From: a virus
Lineage: Duplodnaviria > Caudoviricetes
Direction: 5' to 3' (one strand)
DNA length: 64,000 nucleotides
IMG/VR virus record: IMGVR_UViG_3300030376_004895
Coordinates: 21,931 to 85,930 of that record
Below are positions 8,411 to 19,800 of this stretch, piece by piece. The position numbers and the translations under genes were made by a program. Each line of letters starts with the position of its first letter. Position 1 is the first letter of the stretch. The notes under the pieces are model-generated. The model was not told the DNA's origin. It did no database searches and saw nothing but the letters and a program-made list of their open reading frames with translations.

Positions 8411-8751
8411 CGCACCTCCATGAGAACATCAACCTTGATTTCATTCGTTGTGCCTTTGTTGATTGGTAAGAATGTTGCCCGATATGCAGGAGTGTCCAGC
8501 GCAGTATCTCCATGCAGGGCTATTTCCTTGATTGCCTGGGATGATGTCTGTTGCGTATCGAAGTTAGCGGATATGGCGAGAGTCCTGTCATCTATCTTTG
8601 TGACCTCTGGAGTGACGGTGATCTGAGGAGTCCCTGCTCCGCCATCCCTGCTCGATGCATCACCTCCACTCGAACCAAGAGTCATGCGTGTGACTATTGT
8701 GGACAGATGGTCGGTCAGGGCGGACTTGAGTGAGTCTAACACTGGCATCAT
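8407..8751 (-). CDS. Small baseplate/fibre-attachment protein
   Basis: ANFDTQQTSSQAIKEIALHG...RATFLPINKG..NEIKVDV resembles the N-terminal collar domain of tail fibre proteins. GGAGGTG RBS for the next gene lies at its end. Confidence 0.55.
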   Translation of the reverse strand: MMPVLDSLKSALTDHLSTIVTRMTLGSSGGDASSRDGGAGTPQITVTPEVTKIDDRTLAISANFDTQQTSSQAIKEIALHGDTALDTPAYRATFLPINKGTTNEIKVDVLMEVR

Positions 8752-11700
8752 TTCACCTCGTAATACAAACTCTTGCTGGCCCCGATGGGTCGCCCCCGCT
8801 TGTTCCCGTCACGCACCCCTATTTTCCCCATTCCATTAGTGTGTTTCGCCCCTATAATGAATCCGGCGTTGCTTACATTACGCACGAATACCTTGTGAAC
8901 AGCTACTACATTGATGCCACTAGACATTGAAATCTCTGCCACATCCACTACTGTTCCTGCCGCCCCATCGAGAGGTGCAGAGTTTCCAGATACTGCTTGG
9001 AGATCAGAGAGGATTCCCTCTATCCCCTTGTCATATTGGCCTACGATGAAGTCACTCTTGAGATTGGTGTAGTCGTGCCTTGCTTCAAAGACCGCATACT
9101 CTCCTCGTAGCCCATGAGTAGGTAGTTCGAGAGAGATTATCTCTCCTGGTTGTATTGAGGATGCCTTGAATGCTCCTTGTAATGTGACAAGTGGTGCGCT
9201 ATTCTCTGATCGTGCGAGGATTGACTTGGCTAATTTGAGTGCTTCAGCATTTGTCTTCAGACCTGGTATCTCTTGGCGTAAGGTGCGAACCATATTGTTC
9301 CTGGCTCCTCTGCTTGCTTCTTTCTTCATGCGTTCCAAGTCCTTGACGACTACGAAGACTCTCTCATTCTCAGCAAGAGGGTCGCCAACGACTACTATCT
9401 CATTGGGAGAATCAAACATCTTGCTAACTGACACACTCTGTATAGCACTACCTAATCCTAATGTGGTTCCTCTGTTGGTGAAATTAGCAGACGAATACAC
9501 TAACGCACCGTTCTTCTCGTTCACAAGTTGCTTCCCATCAATCTGTGTCAAGTTTCTGATAATCTCCATGATGTTCAGACCTCTTGTCTTTCTCGCCGTG
9601 AATACATTCGAGTGATCAGAGATTAATCTCAATGAGGGGTGTGCATCGAGTGTCGAAGACATCTCTCTGTCCTTTGACAAGAGTGCATTGGTTGGTGTCA
9701 CATTGAAACCCGCCAAGTCAGAACCTGCATCATTGAGCAGGGTCATAGTGGCATCGCTTGTCCTTATCCCTACGAAGCCGAGCTGACCCATCAGTATCGG
9801 ACCAGGCATGAGTCCCAAATCAGAGATACTGTCTGCGGCTATATTCCTGAATTGCAAGAAGGTCGATAGCTCGTCTGTTTCAACTCCAGCAATCCTTAGT
9901 GAGAATCCGCTTGTGTCATACAAGTAAGGTGGGAAGTGAGAGTCTGTCAATGTCTTTCCATCGAATCTTATAGCCGTTATAGAAGGGGAGGAGGTTTTGA
10001 CCTGGGCAGCGGTCTTTCCATTCTCTATCAGTATTGGACGTTGGTTCACCATCATGAAGTCTGATGGATCATACTCCATCAAACCCCTGTATGATAGAGT
10101 GGTTTGTTTGACCTCATCCAAAGTCGTATCATAACGGTTCCACAAAGAGGAGGTTTGCTTTGCCAACACGATTGAATTGTCGATGAAAGTGGGCGATACT
10201 AAGTGAGGGACGGTTAGTGATCTCAGATCCGAAAGGGACGAGGGGGTTGCAGAATCGGAAGCGTTGCTTGAATAGTATCGTAGTATCTTGCCTGTCAAAT
10301 CGGCAACACCTGTGCTGTTAGTGACTCCTGTTAGTTTGTTTCGGGTCTTGCCTGTATAATGCACTTCTCTATGGCCGACTAAGAATAGCGTCCCTGCTGT
10401 TGGAAGCATAGATGCATCCTTCAAGAATACATTCGACCCAACGTGCTTCGTGACCTCAAACTGAGGATAGATTCGCATCGAAGTGTCCATGTGAGTATGA
10501 GTCACGGCATCGGGTGTCGTCTGCTTGACGAAATCCCCTGCTATGCCTGTCCCTTCGGCTCTGTATCGAGTTTCCGACTGATGGAGGCTCTCACCCCCTC
10601 CTGGGTGGGTAGTCTGCGAGTATCGTGCCTCTATCTCAGGGTTGAACTCTCCATCGACAGTCTTGCGAACGGCATCGGACTTGAAGAATTGGAGCATGGA
10701 CGCACTAGGGAGAAGATGGAACACGGCATCTAACTCATTTGCATCCGGCCAGGTCATCTCGAATACACCTTCTGCCGTGCTTATGTATTGTAGCGTCCCA
10801 ATGGATTGTTCCATGTCTGCCTCGAATACTCCGTAGCGATTGTCCCTGGTGAATGGTTGATACTCCGTGTCGGCATCACCGAGGGATGATCGTGCGCCAT
10901 GCACCCATCCATCCTGTAGTAAGTCCGATGCGAACCCGAATAGCTTGAGAGGTCTTACGGGGCGCACGAAGTAGTCAATTGACCTCCTCTTCTGATTGGA
11001 TGTCGTAGCATTTCCCTCTGTCCCATAGATGTCTGTCGTCAGGATTCCTTCTTCAGTCCGGTTCAGGTATGTCTTTCTTAGGATGTATGTTCCACCCCAG
11101 GGTGGGAGATCGCCCGAACCTCTTACGGCCCATGCATCCTTCGCATGAGTCTTGGCCGCATTTAGAACGGCAGGGTTTGCGGGTAGTGTGACTGTCGCAG
11201 ATACATCGCCATTCGATCCACTACCACTCATCACTATGTCCGGTGCGGTGGTGTAGCCCGAACCACCGTTTGATATGCTGACTGTTGCTAACGGCCCTGT
11301 CGAGTCTAGTGAGGCGGTGATAGTCTGTGCGGTTCCACCACCGGCAAGATTAGTGGTCGCTGTGACCGTAGGTACTGATGTGTATCCACTTCCGTTGTTC
11401 GTCACATTGACGGCAGTTATCGTGCGAGTAGTCGGATGGCCCGTGTTGATGCTCGCAGTTAGCGAAGCCCCTCCTGATCCTGCTACTGTCACCGCAGGGG
11501 CGGAGGTGTATCCATCGCCCGCATTGTTCAGAGTGACTGAGGCTATCGTTCCACTCGTGTTCATACCAATATCGGCATTGGCGGCAGATTGAGTGCTGCT
11601 ATCAATCCCATGTCCAAGAGAACTTGCTGTGGTTATTTGTATGACTTTGGTTCCGCTATTCGTGAATCCTGCACCTGCGGCAGTTAGAGAGTATGTAGTT

Positions 11701-14700
11701 GCTTGGTAGCCCTTCCCTGAGATGTAGGTATAGCCAATCTTGCCTGTTGCAACCGTTGTATGAGCAGGGCTAGTTTGAGTGATCTGGAACAGAACTGTGC
11801 TGCCTGATGCCCCAACTCCGTTCTGACTCAATGTCCTTATCTTGCTTCCAGAACCGAAAGAGAAAGACGACACATGAAAAAGTGTCACTCCTGTGAACGA
11901 GTGGTTTGAACCCGCAGTAGTAGTCCCTGTGTATGTGAATGATAGTGTATTTGCCCCATCTCCTATGTATGCTGTGCCGCTTGAGGGCCATGAGTTAAGA
12001 GGGTTGCCCGATGCCAATGTTATGGTTCCTCCGGTGAATGAGTAAGGCCCACTTCCAGTGCTAGCAACAGTCATGTTCGTGACTAAATCGGGATGCGACC
12101 CTGGCTCAATAGTCAATTGCACGTCACTAACTCCATTCCCTGCGACAGTAGGGTTTGTCATCGACACGCCGAAGGACAAAACGGCTGTTGCCGTTGCTGT
12201 CGTGTTCCCTGGGGTGGCAGATTGGGGTGTGGCTACGGTCAGAGCAGGTGCAGAGCTGTATGATCCACCGGAGGATACTGCTATGCCGGACAGGGGCTTG
12301 CCATCAGGACTCAGAGTGTATGTCCCTGCGGCCCCCGAACCACCACCGCCCGAGAATGATAGGTTTTTGTTTTGCACTCCCGAACCTGTGTATTGTTGGG
12401 AGGAGTTCGTGGCAAAAGAGAGGCCGTTGTTTGGAATTGACGTAGTAGTGGTGTATGTCCCTGAGAATCCTGACCCTCCACCACCACCTGTGGCGGTAAG
12501 TGTGCCACTTGGGAAGGTATAGCCTGACCCTGGCTCATCAAGGGAGAGTGCAGATACTTGCGCCCCCCCATCACCCTTGTCGTCTTTCGCATCGGGACTC
12601 CATGTGGGCAACGTGTAGGGGTTGCTAATGGTTTGACTTGTTGGGCTTGAGGGATTGATTGTCATGTTATGTGTAGTGAACTTCGCATTCACCGACCAGG
12701 AAGGCATGACGGGGAAGTGTTGGCCTACTATCAGATCACTATTCAGGGACGCGGCTTTCGTGGAGATGACTGAGTATTGGGTTTTCTTATTGTCCTGACG
12801 CTCGCTCTCAGTCTGTATAACGAACCCTAATCGTGGTTCTGTGCGTGACTGAACCTGCCTGTGGTCGCTTATTTCCGAGAGAGGGATAGGTGTGAGGCTA
12901 TTGATAGTGGCATTCGTGTGCGTTCCAATGCCCCATCCTGTGGTGGGATAGTGGACGTTTGATGTGTTTGAGTGGTCTATCGCAGATGCATTCGTGTGCA
13001 GAGCGTTGCCTTTGAGGTGGTGGAAACCTCCGCCTACTCCGAATTGTGACGAGCTAGTAGCAGAAGGAGAGTTGCTCTGAGAGTAGGAGTTTGAGCCGGT
13101 GTATTGCGTCAAATCAATGAAAGGATCAGACCCCTTGTTCATTGGAATGGCCTTCAATGGCTCATTAGTCCCTTTGTCTGGATCAGTCTTAGACTCCCAA
13201 ACCCCCGCAGGGAGTGACGTAGGCTTGACTAACCCCGCAGATTCGATACCTAGTGTCAAACCCATGCCAATCGGTTGTTCTGACCCCATTGGTCTCTTGT
13301 TGCTCCTCCTGATTACACTTGAGAACGGTGTTGCTTCGGCAGTATGTGAGGTTAGGACTACACCGACAGGCATAGTCCTCTCCACCCCATTGTAGTCCGC
13401 AGGGAATACCCAGGAGTCGCCGTGAGTAGTGACGTTGGGCAATTTATTCATTGAATCGTGAATCCCTCCATCGAATCTCCCCTTCCCATAGACTGGTTGA
13501 TTGGCAGCTTGATTCTCATTGGGATCTCCGGCAAGCATATCCAGAGCATCCGATCCGGTTCGGAAACCCCATGCTCTAACGGGCAATCTCCTACTGTAAT
13601 CATATGCGACCATACTATCAACAACGGAAACATACTTCGTGAATGAAACGCTGTCAGTATCGGTGTCGTAAGATATGTTCACACCCGATCTCTCAGGATT
13701 TATCCCATCGCCTATACCTTCGCCCCTAGTATGTCGCACATTCTCATACTCTCTCTTCAGACGTAGGGTTCCCTGGGGTTCCCTAACAGTAGTATGACCC
13801 ATGAGAACAGCATTAGCAGACTTCAATCCGACTATATTCCCATGCCCTCCTGCATTCAATCCATTGTATCCATAGTTCTGCAACCATTGTGTGACATATA
13901 TTCTCTCGAAGGGTAGGGCATCCTCTGCCTGTGCAGTAGTAGTAGGGTTGGAGTGGTTGCGGAGGTAGAGGCTCCTCGTAGGGGGGTAGTTGAGAGAGCG
14001 AGGAGCACCTGCCTCCCTGTATCTGAAGGTCATGTAGTGCTCTCGACTCGTTCCGAGTAGTGCCGGATGACTGTATTCGGCCAACCAATGGCATAGGAAT
14101 GCGTCTGGAACACACCCTGTCCCTGTGTTGTCCTTACCTAGTAGTGCAAAATCACCATTTGTAGCAGTTATACCACCACTACCCCCTGGTGTAAGGGCCG
14201 CTAAGTTGAGGTATTCGGGGTCGTGACACAGGAGTGGAGGCACAGTAGCCAATTCTGTTCCAGAACGGGGAACTGCAACGCCTTCTTCAAGCCCTAAAAC
14301 GAAGTAAGCAGAGGTTCCTGAGTCAATTACAGGGGCAATTGGACGGCCTCCGGCGAGAGTGTAGTCACCGAGAACGAAGCCGTTCGTTATGGCCTCAGAA
14401 CTTGTGTTATATCGGCTCCCACCGGACAAAGCAGAGGCTAAAGTGAGCCTAGTTGGCCCCGAATTTGAGGTCGTGGTGCGACTTGAGGCAGCTCTCCGCA
14501 CCAAATGACCCGCACCAATGGTTTCTGTGTGCTCCTGACCAGGGGCTACGAGGTAGTCTAAATCGGTTCTAGGGGTGACGCTAGAGTAGGTTGCCTTCAC
14601 ATCAGGTAGTCTGAAACCTGAGATTTCTGACCCAGGAACGCCATCTGAGGCAAAGGAACCATTGGCACGGTAGCCACTCTCATCCTTCACTTCAATAGTG

Positions 14701-16850
14701 TCTAGCTCAAAGATAGTTGAGGAGTTGGTCGCCTTCGATGATCCGAAGACGTGATGCTTGTGTTCTGTTTCTGCCTCAAAGAGAAGAGAATAGGATGAAC
14801 CGTGCGAACGGTGCAACTGCCTCCTCATTGCGGCTGGTGTGCCTCTATGAGTCATTGGGGTCACGAAGGAATGCCCCTGCCTTGCAAAGCGTATCCTGTG
14901 GTGAGGGAAAGGGTAGCCTGTGTCTGTTCCGTTGTTAGTTTGAGTGAGAACCGCCCCTCTTTCCGCGTGATCGGTTATCCTATGCGCTGCGAATAAGCGC
15001 GTTGAGCCGCTTGGAACGGCTCCGGCGGTAGTGTGGGGGGTCAGACCCTGTTTGGTCGCCATATCGGGATGCAGAAGCCTCTGAACGTGGAAGATTAGCA
15101 TCCTGTCGTGGGTGTCGAACTGTGAAGCACCACCTGATGCCTCTGCTACGCCTGGTTTGCGAGGGTCTGGTGCCGTTAGGCCACCTAACCCCCACGTCAT
15201 GTTAGACCACGCTTGAACGCGGTCATGGCCGCTTCTAACGAACACCTCTCCTGGTATCTCAGAGGGATCAGGCAGTTGAATCTGCATATTTGGAGTCAGT
15301 TTGCCGTCTGTGGTGGATGGCCCTGTGACCTCCTCTCCTGTGATTGGATCTATCCTGGTGTTCTGCACGGTGAAGTCTTTGATGACTACTCCGAGGGGGG
15401 ATTTGCCAAACAGAGTCAGTTTGTTGCCTTGATCATCGACAGTAGTGATGTCCTCGAACACCCATTCCTCATTACTGATCTGCAATCCAGATACTCTGAG
15501 GGTATTGGTAGCCTTAGCTGAGAATATGGGACGAGGGACATTTATGCTGTTGTCACCATCAATTCCTGCCGTCTCAAAGTTGCCAACATATGTGATGTTC
15601 GTCAAATTGTCCTGAGAATCGGAGAGCATATTGTTGGAATTGCTCGTGGCGGTTGCCCTATACCCGTTGTTCAGATGGAACATATCTCCCGAAGAGGCAG
15701 GAAGGGTTGTCCCATATTCCATATCTGCCAATTTAATATTGTTGGATCCGGTAGTATCCGTCTCGACTTTCGTAATATGGGCGATAGAAGGTTCTGTGAC
15801 TGTATAGTCTGGAGGAGGTATGTCGGGGAGGTTGCACGAGTTCAGTCCTTCTATACTGAATCTCACATATCCATGACCTGTTGAATGTGCAACTGCGGTG
15901 GAACCTTTTGAGTCATAATTAGGAGCTGGGAGTCCCATGTTCCCCCCATCCATTGGTTTTGCGCCTAGATACCACATCGGAACAGATGCGCCGATGCCCT
16001 GGATGACCGGCCCTCCGTTTGCTGGTGCCCAATATCCTCCGGCTGCATTTGGAGTCACAGTTTCCCAAGTCATCACAATCGTGTGCTTTGCGGGTTCTCC
16101 GGCAATCGTAGCCGTAGCAGAGGTGAGAGTTTCAGGGTAAGAGCCACCTACTTGGGTGATTTGGGATTGGAGAGTGCCACCTGTGACTGTGAAATCGACA
16201 TAGGATGTCTGATCGAAAGGAGTTGAGTTGTATTGTCGCCCACCTCTCCTGACTACTGAAACACCCGTGTAGGTGATTGAAAGATTAGTGTGATTGCCAT
16301 CGTTGTAGGTCAATGTTCCACTCTGAGGCATATCTGAGGGGAATCCATTGCGATAAGCACCATCGAACTTCACTCGAAGAACCTGGGCAGATTTGGCAAG
16401 GGTAGCAGTTGTCGTATGAGATGGTTTGCCGGACATTCGGACGTATCTAGCCCTCAAGTAGCGAGTCTTGCTATGCTCTCCTTGTTGAATTGCCCTGCGA
16501 CTGTTGATCTTAGCCGCTATGAGCCTAGTGGCTTCCTCCGTCCCTAGATTGTAGGTCTTGCTGTTCGTATCGTCAGTAGCGGCTTGCTTCAGATCCACTA
16601 CGATTACGTTCGTGTCCTCTGCAGGAGCAGAAGCAGTAGCAATAGGGGTGCGGACGATGACTGTCACTCCCTGCTTCCATTGGTCGTTGGTGTTCGTGCC
16701 GTATTCCCAATCAGTCACGGCATCGCCGTATTCCGTATCGGGATAGGTGATGTGCATTGCGAAGAATCCGCTTGCGGGGTATCCACTAGCAGAACCAAGA
16801 GGAGTAGTCCTGGCCGGATAGATTTGCTTCGTGTATCGAGTCATCACCAC
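8748..16850 (-). CDS. Giant tail-tip protein (2700 aa) with C-terminal hub-like domain and GSGYTxAP repeat insertion
   Basis: C-terminal NEIVVVGD...EALKLAKSIL...IQPGEIISL...EYAVFEARHDY resembles a baseplate hub/Tal pattern. Internal S/T/G-rich repeats. Confidence 0.65.
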   Translation of the reverse strand: MVMTRYTKQIYPARTTPLGSASGYPASGFFAMHITYPDTEYGDAVTDWEYGTNTNDQWKQGVTVIVRTPIATASAPAEDTNVIVVDLKQAATDDTNSKTYNLGTEEATRLIAAKINSRRAIQQGEHSKTRYLRARYVRMSGKPSHTTTATLAKSAQVLRVKFDGAYRNGFPSDMPQSGTLTYNDGNHTNLSITYTGVSVVRRGGRQYNSTPFDQTSYVDFTVTGGTLQSQITQVGGSYPETLTSATATIAGEPAKHTIVMTWETVTPNAAGGYWAPANGGPVIQGIGASVPMWYLGAKPMDGGNMGLPAPNYDSKGSTAVAHSTGHGYVRFSIEGLNSCNLPDIPPPDYTVTEPSIAHITKVETDTTGSNNIKLADMEYGTTLPASSGDMFHLNNGYRATATSNSNNMLSDSQDNLTNITYVGNFETAGIDGDNSINVPRPIFSAKATNTLRVSGLQISNEEWVFEDITTVDDQGNKLTLFGKSPLGVVIKDFTVQNTRIDPITGEEVTGPSTTDGKLTPNMQIQLPDPSEIPGEVFVRSGHDRVQAWSNMTWGLGGLTAPDPRKPGVAEASGGASQFDTHDRMLIFHVQRLLHPDMATKQGLTPHTTAGAVPSGSTRLFAAHRITDHAERGAVLTQTNNGTDTGYPFPHHRIRFARQGHSFVTPMTHRGTPAAMRRQLHRSHGSSYSLLFEAETEHKHHVFGSSKATNSSTIFELDTIEVKDESGYRANGSFASDGVPGSEISGFRLPDVKATYSSVTPRTDLDYLVAPGQEHTETIGAGHLVRRAASSRTTTSNSGPTRLTLASALSGGSRYNTSSEAITNGFVLGDYTLAGGRPIAPVIDSGTSAYFVLGLEEGVAVPRSGTELATVPPLLCHDPEYLNLAALTPGGSGGITATNGDFALLGKDNTGTGCVPDAFLCHWLAEYSHPALLGTSREHYMTFRYREAGAPRSLNYPPTRSLYLRNHSNPTTTAQAEDALPFERIYVTQWLQNYGYNGLNAGGHGNIVGLKSANAVLMGHTTVREPQGTLRLKREYENVRHTRGEGIGDGINPERSGVNISYDTDTDSVSFTKYVSVVDSMVAYDYSRRLPVRAWGFRTGSDALDMLAGDPNENQAANQPVYGKGRFDGGIHDSMNKLPNVTTHGDSWVFPADYNGVERTMPVGVVLTSHTAEATPFSSVIRRSNKRPMGSEQPIGMGLTLGIESAGLVKPTSLPAGVWESKTDPDKGTNEPLKAIPMNKGSDPFIDLTQYTGSNSYSQSNSPSATSSSQFGVGGGFHHLKGNALHTNASAIDHSNTSNVHYPTTGWGIGTHTNATINSLTPIPLSEISDHRQVQSRTEPRLGFVIQTESERQDNKKTQYSVISTKAASLNSDLIVGQHFPVMPSWSVNAKFTTHNMTINPSSPTSQTISNPYTLPTWSPDAKDDKGDGGAQVSALSLDEPGSGYTFPSGTLTATGGGGGSGFSGTYTTTTSIPNNGLSFATNSSQQYTGSGVQNKNLSFSGGGGSGAAGTYTLSPDGKPLSGIAVSSGGSYSSAPALTVATPQSATPGNTTATATAVLSFGVSMTNPTVAGNGVSDVQLTIEPGSHPDLVTNMTVASTGSGPYSFTGGTITLASGNPLNSWPSSGTAYIGDGANTLSFTYTGTTTAGSNHSFTGVTLFHVSSFSFGSGSKIRTLSQNGVGASGSTVLFQITQTSPAHTTVATGKIGYTYISGKGYQATTYSLTAAGAGFTNSGTKVIQITTASSLGHGIDSSTQSAANADIGMNTSGTIASVTLNNAGDGYTSAPAVTVAGSGGASLTASINTGHPTTRTITAVNVTNNGSGYTSVPTVTATTNLAGGGTAQTITASLDSTGPLATVSISNGGSGYTTAPDIVMSGSGSNGDVSATVTLPANPAVLNAAKTHAKDAWAVRGSGDLPPWGGTYILRKTYLNRTEEGILTTDIYGTEGNATTSNQKRRSIDYFVRPVRPLKLFGFASDLLQDGWVHGARSSLGDADTEYQPFTRDNRYGVFEADMEQSIGTLQYISTAEGVFEMTWPDANELDAVFHLLPSASMLQFFKSDAVRKTVDGEFNPEIEARYSQTTHPGGGESLHQSETRYRAEGTGIAGDFVKQTTPDAVTHTHMDTSMRIYPQFEVTKHVGSNVFLKDASMLPTAGTLFLVGHREVHYTGKTRNKLTGVTNSTGVADLTGKILRYYSSNASDSATPSSLSDLRSLTVPHLVSPTFIDNSIVLAKQTSSLWNRYDTTLDEVKQTTLSYRGLMEYDPSDFMMVNQRPILIENGKTAAQVKTSSPSITAIRFDGKTLTDSHFPPYLYDTSGFSLRIAGVETDELSTFLQFRNIAADSISDLGLMPGPILMGQLGFVGIRTSDATMTLLNDAGSDLAGFNVTPTNALLSKDREMSSTLDAHPSLRLISDHSNVFTARKTRGLNIMEIIRNLTQIDGKQLVNEKNGALVYSSANFTNRGTTLGLGSAIQSVSVSKMFDSPNEIVVVGDPLAENERVFVVVKDLERMKKEASRGARNNMVRTLRQEIPGLKTNAEALKLAKSILARSENSAPLVTLQGAFKASSIQPGEIISLELPTHGLRGEYAVFEARHDYTNLKSDFIVGQYDKGIEGILSDLQAVSGNSAPLDGAAGTVVDVAEISMSSGINVVAVHKVFVRNVSNAGFIIGAKHTNGMGKIGVRDGNKRGRPIGASKSLYYEVK

Positions 16851-19800
16851 ACCCCCCTACTTGCAAATATCTCATCGCAATCCGAATCGGGCAGAGCGTA
16901 GTTGAATATCGCTACGTTCGCAAGGGCGGTTTCATGCAACCATAGATTATTGCCGTAGGTATTGACACCCGAATCTGAATCATTTGAAGCACCCGCCCCA
17001 TCATCTGTTCCACACGCTAAAGTCGCACTACCAGAAGTGTTGCTAGTCAAGTCAGTCCAACTAGCAATGATGTCTGATCTCCTGATTGTCGATAGACCGA
17101 TGAATAATGAATTGGTTTTTGGGTTGCCGTCACAGAGGTCAGGAGGCAATTGAGCAGGTAGAGCACTAACTGATGATGTAGCAAGTGAACGAACATTGTT
17201 CACATAATTCGATGCATTCGCAGGAAGATTGGAGCCGCCTGTCAGACTAATCATACTTGACTCATCATGGCTTTGAACTGCGCCTGTGCCTGTGTGCCAA
17301 CGCTGGAATCTCAATGCTGTGGAATTGCCCGCACGGAAATCGACAACATTACTTGTCACTTTCACAATCAAGTTAGTCCATGTCAATTTTTGCACTTGCA
17401 AACCACCATTTGTGATGCCTATCGTTTTCCTAGTGTATCCAGAGCCATTGTGATAGATGTATGATGGTCTGATCTGTTGCCAAAGAGTTGAGCTTCCGGT
17501 GAGTCCTCTTGTTCCAGAGATATACAAACCCCATCTATACCCTCTCTTATCGACTCCCGAGACAAGAGGGCCACTTGCTACTTCGGAATCGCCAGCAAAA
17601 CTCGTATCAGTTGGCTTGAACCACACGCTGATGGTGTGATCCTGAGAGCAATCGAACTCTTTGAGAGGCCCATACTCCACGCTATGTGTGGCAGTATCCT
17701 GGTTGAAATGATGTGCAGTAATGGCCGTCTGCCCATTGAAATGGATTCCTTTGTCAGAAGAGTCCACCGAATTAGCAGGGCCGTTTGTGCTTACTGCCCC
17801 TACTCCTCCTGCCCTGATGAACATGACCTTGTTCCCTGCTGCCGCAGTTCCCGATCCATTTGACACGCTGTCAATTCCCCAAAAACCCAGGGTGGACATT
17901 CCTCCGCCACCTGTATAACTGAAAGCCTCGGCATTGCCATTGTCCAATAGGACGTAGCCATTGAATGTCGCATTAGTAGTGGAGTTTGGCTCAACCGTGT
18001 ATCTGAGTTGTTGGTTTCCTATTACGGCATCGCCCGCAGTAGCCGTGAAGTTGATTGCATTGCCGTTTTGCAAGGCTACTCCTGTCAAAGTGTTGCCATT
18101 CTTGCCTGTGTATCTGCAAGATGTCCCATCAATGTTGATTATGTTCTGAGCACCTGAAGCTCCTGTCGCAGAAGCCGTGCCGACATAGAATCGTGATGCA
18201 TCAGTAAGAGTGACGGAGGTAGCACCGGATGCCATGTTCGAGGCCAACGTGGTGCTGGCCCCCTTGATGGACATCTGCGACCAAGTTCCGCTTAGGCTGC
18301 TTTGCAGTTCCCCTACGAAACCTCGCACGAGTCTTAGTTTCGACCCATAAAGATCCTCCACGAAGTAGGAGTCGTTCTGACCCCAGGGAGTCCCTACTGT
18401 TGTCGTAGGAACATCAACCGTAGCCTCATTCAACCTGGCATAGAACAAAGCCCTGCCTAGTGTTCCATCCTTCCTCTCCACTAGCTTGTGGTGTATCCCT
18501 CTTAGGGTGTTGTCGTTGATGGTGTCGTTGTTCGTTATATCGGTGAAGTCCAAGACCGCAGATGCCGTGCTGACTTCGTGCAGGTTCTGAAATCCTGAGA
18601 ATCCTGTTGGCCCCTTAGAGTAGTGGTGAAGGAAGTCATCGCTGTAGTCGTTAGCCGTCCCATCGCTGATGTCGAAGGTGACTCCGGTATGTCCTCCTCC
18701 GAAATACACGATTCCCTCAGAGTCTGAACCAGGATAGATCAACTCGAACTCGACACCTCCGATGGTGGCTCCTTCACTATCATAGAATGTCTCAAGGAAT
18801 TGAGTCATGGTTTCTCCACGAGGAGTGATGTTGCGTATGAAGAAGCAGTTAGTCAGGACATCTGTTGAGGTCGGCAATCTCTGTTGGTCTATGGTTTCAA
18901 AGTCCGCTACTGCTGATCCGACCCTCAGTATTCCCTTCTTGTTCGGCCCCATGAACGTGGTGATTCTCTTGAGGTAATCCTCAACGCTAGTGCTAACGGC
19001 GATGTGAGAGAGGCTTGTCTGAGTAGTGAACTCAAGGAGGGTAGGGCTTGTCATAGGTATGGCTCTCTGCAACTCCTCATTATTTGCTAAAGTCTGACCG
19101 ATGTTTCCTGTGAAGACTATCTGTGTTGCAGTTAGCGAGCTGATTGTCCCTACGCTTGCCCCATCATTGTCATAGACTGTCTCACCTACTCTAAATTTCG
19201 TTGTCGCATCGACAGTATCAACCGCAATAGTCGTGGTTGAACCACTACCATACCCCGACCCGTTGTTCACCAATACTCCGCTATCCTCATACTTCGTAGC
19301 ACCATCTAACTCCTCACTTGCAGGGCTTGCAACGGTTGTGACTTTGAAAGAACTGCCAAGACCATTATAGGATCGTGTGGAATTAGTCGAATCTAAGGCA
19401 CTTCCTGATGGTGCGCCCCTGAATGTCGAGATAGGAACGAACGTCTCTCCATCTGCCCCTATTGGCATCGGAGAGGGTATCAGATTGGGTTGATACAACC
19501 TACTGTTGCTTGATAGTAGTCCTCCATAGCCTACGACTTGGACAGGTTTGTAAGAATAGGGAGTGTTGTTGCTCAGACGGATGTTGAAATTCCGCCCCGA
19601 TGCACCTGGGACTGTGCTATGGATGACAATGGTGCTCCCTGCCTCTCCATCCCTGCTCTCTGTCCCTGTTCCTATGAATGCACGGACATAACCCATGTGA
19701 GTCCCTGTATCCTTGTTGGTAGCGACAGAGGGGAATATAGGAGGGGGGTCGAAGGCACTCCCTCCTTCGCTATTCTTCGCTTGAGGATGCCCTGCCATGT

